From: Thermoplasmata archaeon
Lineage (GTDB): Archaea > Thermoplasmatota > E2 > DHVEG-1
NCBI GenBank assembly: GCA_003942085.1
Contig: DQIQ01000002.1
Coordinates: 898-64,897, forward strand
DNA: 64,000 bases
Direction: 5' to 3'
This document shows, in pieces, positions 48,809 through 56,674 of this stretch. The notes beneath the pieces were generated by a model. The model did not search any database. It was not told the origin of the DNA and saw only the letters and a program-made list of their open reading frames with translations. The translations under genes and the position numbers were made by a program. Every line of letters begins with the position of its first letter. The first letter of the stretch is position 1.

Positions 48809-49933
48809 ATGAAGAAAGGAATAATTTGTGTTCTTGTTTGTATGCTGATGGTAGTATGCACCATTGTACCTGTATCGGGAACAATAGTATCGAAAAAAGT
48901 TTCGATGACAAGAGGGAGCACCTTTTACGTCGGTGGCTTAGGCCCCAATAACTATACCAAAATCCAGGATGCCATTAATGATGCTACAACTGGTGATACT
49001 GTTTTTGTTTACGATGATTCTTCACCATATTATGAGAACATAAATATAGAAAAATCCATAAGTTTGAGAGGGGAAAATAAGGAGACGACCGTTATTTTTG
49101 GTGACGAAAGTCCTGATTGGGTTATCGTGAACGTCTCAGCAGGTGACGTGAGTATCAGTGGTTTCACAATTCAACCGAACACGGGTCAACCCGATGGAAT
49201 CCAGGTGGTTAAAGGCTATACATATCCCGATTATTGGAATATCGCTGTTCTTCAAAATATCTCTATTTATAATAACATTATTAAAAAAACTGGGCGCGGC
49301 ATTTTAGGAGTTCGTTTGAATCATGGGAATATTTCTGGAAATACTATTGAGGATTGTAATGGTGAAGGAATACTTCTTTTAATTTCCTCGAATACCACTA
49401 TTACACACAATATAGTATCTCAGTGTTCCTATCGTGGCATTGAAATCGATGGTCTATGGAACCAATATAGGATACTGAATCATCGAAATCCAATTCCAGA
49501 GAATAATATCATCTCGCAGAATACAGTGAGAGCAAATCGATGGGGAATCGAACTAAACAGCGGACCGGTTAACACCAAAATAACTAACAATAATATCCTT
49601 GACAACTATGAGATAGGCATCCAGATAATCGATGCATCGAAAACTGAGATAACACGAAACAATTTCGTGGGGAATACTCAAAACGCCTATTTCATGGTCG
49701 TCTGTGTCTTACGGTATCCTCGATTTTTACTGAACTCTTGGGATAGCAATTATTGGGGTGAGTCAAAGAAATTACCTGTTCCAATCACTGGTTCACTATG
49801 GTTCATGCCTTTCCCTCGCCTACCAATTGGCATTTCATTTCCTAACTTTGATTTAACACAATTTGAATTACAATGGTCATCTTTTGATAAACACCCTGCA
49901 CAAGAACCCTATGATGTCCCAGGGATAGGTTGA
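48809..49933 (+). CDS. exported right-handed parallel beta-helix repeat protein (NosD/CASH-like)
   Basis: 374-aa ORF with a signal/anchor (MKKGIICVLVCMLMVVCTIVPVSG). The N-terminal pattern IQDAINDATTGDTVFV...Y.ENI.I.KSISL is followed by repeated N-I/G-I beta-helix turns. Confidence 0.65.
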   Translation: MKKGIICVLVCMLMVVCTIVPVSGTIVSKKVSMTRGSTFYVGGLGPNNYTKIQDAINDATTGDTVFVYDDSSPYYENINIEKSISLRGENKETTVIFGDESPDWVIVNVSAGDVSISGFTIQPNTGQPDGIQVVKGYTYPDYWNIAVLQNISIYNNIIKKTGRGILGVRLNHGNISGNTIEDCNGEGILLLISSNTTITHNIVSQCSYRGIEIDGLWNQYRILNHRNPIPENNIISQNTVRANRWGIELNSGPVNTKITNNNILDNYEIGIQIIDASKTEITRNNFVGNTQNAYFMVVCVLRYPRFLLNSWDSNYWGESKKLPVPITGSLWFMPFPRLPIGISFPNFDLTQFELQWSSFDKHPAQEPYDVPGIG

Positions 49934-50017
49934 AAAGAAATCGTCTGAAATTGTTGATTACCTCTCTCAAACGGCTCTCCTTTCTTCTTTTTCTCAATGT
50001 AATTGAATCGAGGCAAT

Positions 50018-50062
50018 CTTTATATATGATGACGAAATGTGACCTAAAAAATAAGAAAAGGA
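50018..50062 (+). promoter_or_regulatory. putative TATA box (CTTTATATAT, 50018-50027) and Shine-Dalgarno-like AAGGAG (50057-50062) upstream of eif6
   Basis: The A/T-rich box lies ~45-55 nt upstream of the inferred start at 50072. AAGGAG lies ~9 nt upstream of that codon. Confidence 0.35.
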
Positions 50063-50071
50063 GATAAAACC

Positions 50072-50737
50072 ATACTTCAGCTACTTGACTTCAATGAAAA
50101 TCCAAATGTAGGAATTTATTGTCGGGCGAATGATTCTGTTGTTTTTTTGCAGCAGAGCTTATCGAAGAAGACCAAGCATTTAGTAGGAGAGGTCCTTGGC
50201 GTCAAGGTCTTGGAGCTCTATATCGCTGATTCGACGATCATCGGTTCGCTTCTCACCTGTAATTCAACTGGTGCGATAATTACTGCATTTGCCAATGCAG
50301 AGACGCTTAACACTCTTGAACAGCAAGGGCTTCGAGTGTTCCCTATCAAAGATGTGATTAACGCCGCGGGAAACGATATTTTGGCAAACGATCACGGAGC
50401 ATTGGTTCACCCTGATCTGAAAAACGCTACAGTAAAAAAAATCAGTGACATTCTTGGGGTACCAGTGCAGAAAGGAACCATCGCTTCCTTTGGAACGGTT
50501 GGTATGGCTGCAGTGGTGACGAACAAAGGCTGCCTCTGTCATCCAAAGGTCACTGATGAAGAGAAACAACAGCTGGAGAAGGTCTTTGATGTTGATGTCA
50601 TGATAGGAACCGTGAACCATGGATTCCCCATGATCGGCAGTGGCCTTGTCGCAAATACAAAGGGAGCAGTCATTGGAAAAATGACGACAGGTATTGAGAT
50701 GGGACGCATTGAAGAGGCATTAGGATTTTTAGATTAG
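50072..50737 (+). CDS. eif6: translation initiation factor 6 (aIF6); inferred non-canonical ATA start
   Basis: The track ORF (TTG 50147) encodes the conserved body (...VVTNKGCLCHP...GSGLVANTKGAVIG...). The same frame is open from 50048 and encodes the conserved aIF6 N-terminus LQLLDFNENPNVGIYCRANDSVVFL. No ATG/GTG/TTG occurs in that stretch. Confidence 0.8.
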   Translation: MLQLLDFNENPNVGIYCRANDSVVFLQQSLSKKTKHLVGEVLGVKVLELYIADSTIIGSLLTCNSTGAIITAFANAETLNTLEQQGLRVFPIKDVINAAGNDILANDHGALVHPDLKNATVKKISDILGVPVQKGTIASFGTVGMAAVVTNKGCLCHPKVTDEEKQQLEKVFDVDVMIGTVNHGFPMIGSGLVANTKGAVIGKMTTGIEMGRIEEALGFLD

Positions 50738-50982
50738 TGAATAATGTTATCATTATTTTTATTATAAATTTTATAGGAGAAATTTTTCAGCACAACGGAA
50801 GAAAAAAAAAATTTCGAAACATTCATATATAGCATGACCTATTCATTGGTTAGGCGGAGAGATGGGATTGCAAGTAAAACAAAAATTTTTTAATTACGGA
50901 GTATACACCTCCGCCGCCTCCCCCATATAATCTTGGGAAACACTATCTTTAAAAACATTGATTTGCTTTACGGGTCGATTCT

Positions 50983-52845
50983 ATGAAACTATTACTCATC
51001 CATAGCGATTTTATCGAATACGAAGTAAAAGAAAAAGCGATTCCCCACCCTGAAGACATCCAGAAAACAAAAGATCGTTTAGACGAAGCGCTCACCGTCT
51101 TTATCGCAGTTGAGACCGTCGATGAAAAATCACCAACCCAAGCTGTCGAAGAAGCCACAAAAGAAATTTTAAAAACCGCTGAACAACTCAAAGTAAAAAA
51201 CATCATGCTTTACCCTTATGCGCATCTCTCTTCTAACCTTGCGAGTGCAAAAGCAGCAAAAGACATTCTCCTGTTACTTGAACAAGAAGTGAAAAAACAC
51301 AATTTCACGGTGAAACGATCCCCCTTTGGATGGTATAAAGCGTTCACCATCTCCTGTAAAGGTCATCCTCTCTCAGAGCTTTCACGAGAGATCATCCCCG
51401 GGGCTGAAAAGAAAGCAGTGGAAAAGGAAAAAGAGATCATCTCTCAATGGTGTATCCTTACTCCAAATGGAGAGCTGATTGATGCTGAGAAATTCAATTT
51501 CACTGGTCATGATGAGCTGAAACTGCTCTATGAGTATGAGAGCAGTGGGACACGAAAGATTGTCGGTGAGCCGCCACACGTGAAAATGATGCAATCACAG
51601 GAGCTTGTGGACTACGAGCCTGCAAGTGACTCTGGAAACTTCCGCTGGTACCCTAAAGGCCGTATGGTAAAGGGGCTTCTGGAGCAGCATATCAACAACA
51701 TGGTGCGGGACATCGGTGGTATGCAGGTGGAAACACCAATCATGTATGACCTTGAGCACCCTGCTTTAAGTGAATATGTTAAGAAATTCCCGGCACGACA
51801 ATACATCGTGCATTCAGACAAAGATTTCTTTCTACGGTTCGCAGCCTGCTTTGGTCAATATATGATTGCGCATGACATGACAATTTCCTATCGAAACCTT
51901 CCTCTGCGTCTGTATGAGCTGACGCATTATAGTTTCCGTCGTGAACAAAGCGGTGAAGTCAGTGGCCTAAAGCGGTTGCGAGCTTTCACCATGCCTGATC
52001 TGCATACCTTCTGTAAAGATCTTCCTCAGGCAACCGAGGAATTCAAACGACAGTTTAGCACCGCGATGCGATGGATGGCATCCCTGCAGCTCGATTCCGA
52101 GGTAGCGCTGAGATTTGTCAAAGAATTCTATGAGAAAAACAAGACCCTAGCGCAAGATCTCGCAAAGCTTGCAGGAAAACCGATCCTTATTGAACTGTGG
52201 AACGAACGGTACTTCTACTTTGTCATGAAATTTGAGTTCAACGTCATCGATTCGATGAAAAAAGCAAGCGCACTATCCACCGTCCAGATCGATGTGGAGA
52301 ACGGAAAACGATTTAATATAACCTATGCCGACGAAAAAGGTGAAAAACAGCATCCATACATTCTCCATACGAGCATCTCTGGGAGCATCGACCGAAACGT
52401 GTACGCATTGCTGGAACGAGAAGCAATCAAGATGAACCAGGGGAAAAAACCAATGCTGCCACTCTGGCTGTCCCCAACCCAGGTGCGATTCATACCGGTC
52501 GCTGACGAATTCATCCCTGATTGTGAAAAATTCATCGACGAGTTAAATAAAATCTCACCATTCTATTTCATCAGATCAGATATCGATGACAGGGAAGAAA
52601 GCGTCAGCCGGAAGATCCGTGACGCAGAAAAAGAATGGATCCCCTACATTGTGGTCATCGGTGAGAAAGAACGCGCCGACAAAACAGTCAGACCGCGAGT
52701 ACGCATCAGTGAACTCGGCCAAGGGGACAAACCCTATTCACTCCCTCAGCTCCACCAGCTTATCTTAGATAGAATCAAGGATTTCCCACAACAAAAACTA
52801 CCCTTAGGATTGTATCTGTCGAAGCGGCCGAAATTCAAAGGGTGA
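50983..52845 (+). CDS. thrS: threonine--tRNA ligase (archaeal type with N-terminal editing domain)
   Basis: 620-aa ORF. The start MKLLLIHSDFIEYE is typical of the archaeal ThrRS editing domain. Class II core motifs include FRREQSGEVSGLKRLRAFTMPD and ILHTSISGSIDR. Confidence 0.92.
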   Translation: MKLLLIHSDFIEYEVKEKAIPHPEDIQKTKDRLDEALTVFIAVETVDEKSPTQAVEEATKEILKTAEQLKVKNIMLYPYAHLSSNLASAKAAKDILLLLEQEVKKHNFTVKRSPFGWYKAFTISCKGHPLSELSREIIPGAEKKAVEKEKEIISQWCILTPNGELIDAEKFNFTGHDELKLLYEYESSGTRKIVGEPPHVKMMQSQELVDYEPASDSGNFRWYPKGRMVKGLLEQHINNMVRDIGGMQVETPIMYDLEHPALSEYVKKFPARQYIVHSDKDFFLRFAACFGQYMIAHDMTISYRNLPLRLYELTHYSFRREQSGEVSGLKRLRAFTMPDLHTFCKDLPQATEEFKRQFSTAMRWMASLQLDSEVALRFVKEFYEKNKTLAQDLAKLAGKPILIELWNERYFYFVMKFEFNVIDSMKKASALSTVQIDVENGKRFNITYADEKGEKQHPYILHTSISGSIDRNVYALLEREAIKMNQGKKPMLPLWLSPTQVRFIPVADEFIPDCEKFIDELNKISPFYFIRSDIDDREESVSRKIRDAEKEWIPYIVVIGEKERADKTVRPRVRISELGQGDKPYSLPQLHQLILDRIKDFPQQKLPLGLYLSKRPKFKG

Positions 52846-52882
52846 TCTGAAAATAACACACCATATTGAAAGGAAATTACTC

Positions 52883-54013
52883 ATGTTGGAACGCAAAACA
52901 ATTCAAAACCTTGTCGCATCCTATGATACAAAAAAAATCACCATCGGTGTTTTAGGCGGACATTCAGCACTGGATGTCTGCAGGGGAGCAAAAAAACATG
53001 GTTTTCGCACGCTTGCTGTCTGTCAAAAAGGAAGAGATAAAACCTATACGAAATACTACAAGACCCGCAGTGATGGCCGAGGATGCATCGACAAAACCAT
53101 CCTACTTGATAAGTTCAATGAAATCACCACGCCACGCGTCCAAGAACAGTTAAGAGCTGAGAACACGATTTTTATTCATAACCGTTACTTCTGGGTCTAC
53201 TTTGATTTCACTGATATCGAAAATAATTTCAAAGTACCGATTTTCGGGACGCGCTCTATGTTGAAACTGGAGGAACGCAACGTCCCAAAAAACCAATATT
53301 ACCTGTTACAGAAAGCAGGGATTCGGTATCCGCAGTTATTCAAATCACCACACGATATCGATCGGCTCGCGATTGTAAAAGTCAATGAAGCGATCCGTGG
53401 GTATGAACGCGCTTTTTTCTTCGCTTCGAGTTTTGCGGACTACAAGAAAAAATCAGAGCAGCTCCTGGCAAAAAAAATGATCACGCGGGATTCGTTGAAT
53501 CAAGCGGTCATTGAAGAATATGTGATTGGGACGCAGATTAACTTTAACTATTTTTACTCAGCACTGGACGATGAACTGGAGATCATGGGCACTGACACCC
53601 GTAGGCAAACAAACCTCGATGGTCTGCTTCGTCTTCCAGCAGATGAACAATTAGCAGTGCTCAAATACCTAAAACCAAAGATCATTGAAACAGGACATAT
53701 TGCAGCAACCACAAAAGAGTCCATCATCGAATCTATCTTTGACCTTGGTGAAAAATTCGTCAAAACCACAAAAAAAGAGTACCCGCCCGGCATTATTGGT
53801 CCGTTTGCATTGCAGGGCGCCATGGTCGCTGAAAAAGGAAAAGAAGAAATGGTCGTCTTTGACGTCTCTCTCCGTATCCCTGGGAGTCCCCTGACACAGT
53901 TCACGCCTCATTCAGGATACCTCTATGGCGAGTCGATTAGTTACGGTGAACGGATCGCGATGGAGCTAAAAAAAGCGATTCAAACCAAACGACTCAAAGA
54001 AATCGTCACCTGA
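52883..54013 (+). CDS. purP: 5-formaminoimidazole-4-carboxamide ribonucleotide (FAICAR) synthetase PurP
   Basis: 376-aa ORF with ITIGVLGGHSALDVCRGAKKHGF and a following ATP-grasp-like region typical of archaeal PurP. Confidence 0.8.
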   Translation: MLERKTIQNLVASYDTKKITIGVLGGHSALDVCRGAKKHGFRTLAVCQKGRDKTYTKYYKTRSDGRGCIDKTILLDKFNEITTPRVQEQLRAENTIFIHNRYFWVYFDFTDIENNFKVPIFGTRSMLKLEERNVPKNQYYLLQKAGIRYPQLFKSPHDIDRLAIVKVNEAIRGYERAFFFASSFADYKKKSEQLLAKKMITRDSLNQAVIEEYVIGTQINFNYFYSALDDELEIMGTDTRRQTNLDGLLRLPADEQLAVLKYLKPKIIETGHIAATTKESIIESIFDLGEKFVKTTKKEYPPGIIGPFALQGAMVAEKGKEEMVVFDVSLRIPGSPLTQFTPHSGYLYGESISYGERIAMELKKAIQTKRLKEIVT

Positions 54014-54578
54014 ACTCCTTGCATCTGATGATACGGTCTTCTGTTACTATTGTCTCTACCATCACATCATGTTTCTCTGCTGGGATCCTCTCAACAATTT
54101 GCAGCTCAAAGGCAAGACCAAGCGTGTTTGCAGCATTTTTTTTCTGAAGTAATCTATCATAATAACCGAACCCATGACCAATCCTATTTCCATGCAAATC
54201 AAACACGACCCCAGGGATAATGAAGAGATTAACAGACGAGGCTGTTATTTCCTGCGCACAGTCGTCTCGCGGTTCAAGAATGGAATAAGCACCTAAGGAT
54301 AGATCCTCCCAACTCGAGAGCTTTGATAAGGTGCACGTTTTATTTTTCGTGTTGACCTTTGGAACAAGCACCGTTTTTCCATTCCTCAGGCTTTCTTGGA
54401 TCATCTCATGTGTCCTTACTTCATTGTCATAGGAAACGTAGAACAGAATCGTCTGAGCGGTCTGATATAATGGTGATGAAAAGAGAAGACGTTTCACTTG
54501 TTGGCTCTTCTTAAGAACTTCTGATTCAGCCATTGCCTTTCTTCGCAAAAGAACTTGTTTACGCAGTGTGTGTTTCAT
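54006..54578 (-). CDS. 5-formyltetrahydrofolate cyclo-ligase
   Basis: LRKQVLLRRKAM...ILFYVSYDNEV...LVPKV...PGVVFDLHGNRIGHGFGYYDRLL. I prefer the ATG at 54578; the track start at 54617 is also possible. Confidence 0.8.
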   Translation of the reverse strand: MKHTLRKQVLLRRKAMAESEVLKKSQQVKRLLFSSPLYQTAQTILFYVSYDNEVRTHEMIQESLRNGKTVLVPKVNTKNKTCTLSKLSSWEDLSLGAYSILEPRDDCAQEITASSVNLFIIPGVVFDLHGNRIGHGFGYYDRLLQKKNAANTLGLAFELQIVERIPAEKHDVMVETIVTEDRIIRCKEFR

Positions 54579-54727
54579 CCAAGCACCATAAATATGACTG
54601 GTTATAAAGAATTTCATATCATCGGATAACAGAATTGTTCAACAAATAGATTTTAATTCCTTTTCTGTATTATTCTTTTAACCAGCATTATAACATAGTT
54701 TTGTCAATAGGAAGGTACACACTCACC

Positions 54728-55954
54728 ATGATGAATCGACCACAAAAAGAACTCTTCGAACGATACAAACAACCTCTTGCGTTTATCCTGGGTATCTATC
54801 CCACTTCAAATCTTGGTGCAATACGAAACCTTGGACGACAAAAAATCCCCACGGTTGTTCTTGATGCAAAACGAAATCATGCTGCGTTCTATTCAAAATA
54901 CACTAAAGGGTTTGTCTGCCCTCATCCGAAATTCAATGAGGAACAATATATTGATTTTCTCATTTTATTAGGAAAGCAGCTTCCGATGAAAGGTGTTCTT
55001 ATACCAACTGGTGACACTGAAACTCTCGCGCTCCTCAGACATCGAAAGCAGTTAGAGCCGCATTATCATTTCACCATGGCTGACTATGATATCGTGAACA
55101 CTTTTATCAATAAAAAACAATTCTATCACCTGCTAGAGCAACACGACATTCCTCACCCAAAAACGTTTTTCCCTTCTGATGAACAAGAGGTGAGAGACAC
55201 CAGCAAGCGCCTCACCTATCCCTGTATTGTAAAGCCTGTGTATGCAACCTATTTCCGGCTTCATTTTAATACCAAACTTTTTGTCGCTTCTTCACCAGAT
55301 GAGCTCCTTTCATACTATACAAAAGCTCATAGTAAAAACAATGAGGTGATGCTTCAAGAAATCATCCCGGGAAATGCAACTACCATGTTCGGATTCAACG
55401 CATACTATGATCGATCTGGTGTTCCTCATGGAGGGTTTTCGTACCAGCGAATACGAGAATGGCCGATTGGATTTGGAAACGGATGCTGCATACAACATGT
55501 GCGAGAGCCTCAGCTTGAGCAGATTACCTCATCGCTCGTGAAGGAAATCGGATACTATGGAATTGTCGATGCAGAGTTTAAACGTGATCCTCGAGATGGT
55601 ACGTTCCAATTCATTGAGGTCAATCCCCGGGTCTGGATGCAGAATAGCTTTCCTTCACGATTCGGCAGTAATCTACCCTATATTGCGTATCTAGATGCGA
55701 TTGGTTTACCAATTGAGAATCCTCCGAATCATCTACCAGATGAAAAAATCACATGGATCTATCTTTTAGAAGACCTACAATCGGCACGTGTGAGTATACG
55801 ATCAAAAACATTATCACTTCGCGCGTGGATTCTCTCGTATCATATGGGAAACGAATATGCGTTGTTTGCATGGGATGATCCGCTTCCTTTTTTTGTTATT
55901 GGATTTCAATCGATTCCAATCTTCTTTTCAAGCCTTTTTAAAGAAGACGGATGA
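54728..55954 (+). CDS. ATP-grasp superfamily carboxylate-amine ligase (COG3919-like), function unknown
   Basis: The N-terminal pre-ATP-grasp pattern is ILGIYPTSNLGAIRNLGRQKIPTVVLD. The ATP-grasp core is YPCIVKPV..., MLQEIIPG, YYGIVDAEFKRDPRDGTFQFIEVNPR. The track start is TTG 54701. Confidence 0.7.
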   Translation: MMNRPQKELFERYKQPLAFILGIYPTSNLGAIRNLGRQKIPTVVLDAKRNHAAFYSKYTKGFVCPHPKFNEEQYIDFLILLGKQLPMKGVLIPTGDTETLALLRHRKQLEPHYHFTMADYDIVNTFINKKQFYHLLEQHDIPHPKTFFPSDEQEVRDTSKRLTYPCIVKPVYATYFRLHFNTKLFVASSPDELLSYYTKAHSKNNEVMLQEIIPGNATTMFGFNAYYDRSGVPHGGFSYQRIREWPIGFGNGCCIQHVREPQLEQITSSLVKEIGYYGIVDAEFKRDPRDGTFQFIEVNPRVWMQNSFPSRFGSNLPYIAYLDAIGLPIENPPNHLPDEKITWIYLLEDLQSARVSIRSKTLSLRAWILSYHMGNEYALFAWDDPLPFFVIGFQSIPIFFSSLFKEDG

Positions 55955-56175
55955 TCTTAAAAACATTTCATCATTGGTGGTTTTCTCTAACGCTCCGTAC
56001 CACCTCTTACTTATAATAACTAAAAATATAAAAAGATTTTTAAATAAATCCACGATTCTTTCTTCCAATAATATTCATAACAGGGGGCGTTGTAAGTATT
56101 AACGAAGAAAAATTAACATTTGAAGATGGAGTTATATTTTGTAAACATTTATATCAATGCGCGATTCATAAAACA

Positions 56176-56316
56176 ATGAACGGTGTTCCCGAAGAATGGA
56201 TCATTTTCTACAAGACACACGCAATCTTAAATGAACTAGGATATAATTTCGGCATCAAGGACCTTGAGAAGGTTATGTTTAAGTTGAATCTCGATGATCT
56301 TTACAAGAAAATCTAG
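56176..56316 (+). CDS. possible small ORF (46 aa from ATG; 72 aa if the open frame initiates at ATT 56098)
   Basis: Manual translation of the open frame gives INEEKLTFEDGVIFCKHLYQCAIHKTMNGVPEEWIIFYKTHAILNELGYNFGIKDLEKVMFKLNLDDLYKKI*. The composition looks protein-like. A G-run (AGGGGG, 56082-56087) lies ~10 nt upstream of ATT 56098. No homology was recognised. Confidence 0.3.
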   Translation: MNGVPEEWIIFYKTHAILNELGYNFGIKDLEKVMFKLNLDDLYKKI

Positions 56317-56333
56317 AACGCATCTATCGCATT

Positions 56334-56411
56334 GGTAAACTTTAGGGAAACCCCTCGGTAAACCATTTTTTTAACGAGTAGAAACAGTACAGGTTAATCT
56401 TGGTAAACCAT
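56334..56411 (+). repeat. three direct copies of GGTAAAC(C) (two as GGTAAACCAT) in the long intergenic region upstream of the C25 peptidase gene
   Basis: TTGGTAAACTTT at 56332, TCGGTAAACCATT at 56355 and TTGGTAAACCATC at 56400. Spacing is 23 and 45 nt. Confidence 0.5.
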
Positions 56412-56674
56412 CAAGTGAAAAGGAAAAAAAGAAAAGAGAATACACATCTTTATTTAATTCGAAATGAAAGATACTTCTATCGTTCATCTTGTCTCTAGTT
56501 ATCTCGCCGCATTCAACATTCAACAGAGTAGCATTCTATTTTCAATTATAATAAAATTTTTTCAAAATATACAGAATTTTTTAAAAAAAAGTAATTACAA
56601 ACCACGAAATTTTATTATTTTGAAAGGGTTAAGTTTAAATATCATGGCCTCTTAATACAGTAACGGGGAATATT

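Noticed and set aside
50026-50032. ATGATGA (C-box-like) in the eif6 upstream spacer, considered as a C/D-box sRNA
   Set aside because: No CTGA D box lies within the expected ~50-70 nt downstream. There are no C'/D' motifs and no terminal stem. The sequence overlaps the TATA-like box instead.
54701-56316. ATP-grasp ligase plus downstream small ORF as a graspetide/RiPP pair
   Set aside because: The ATP-grasp protein looks like the COG3919 carboxylate-amine ligase type rather than a microviridin-type ligase. The small ORF translation looks like a folded helical protein, without a Thr/Ser-Asp/Glu-rich core or leader-like region. It also lies more than 140 nt away with no canonical start.
55955-56674. 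Long A+T-rich spacer with direct repeats as a replication origin
   Set aside because: There is no orc1/cdc6 gene adjacent. The GGTAAACC repeats do not resemble the ORB/mini-ORB consensus as I recall it (a TCCA-N-TGGAAA-like core), and they are direct rather than inverted around an unwinding element.
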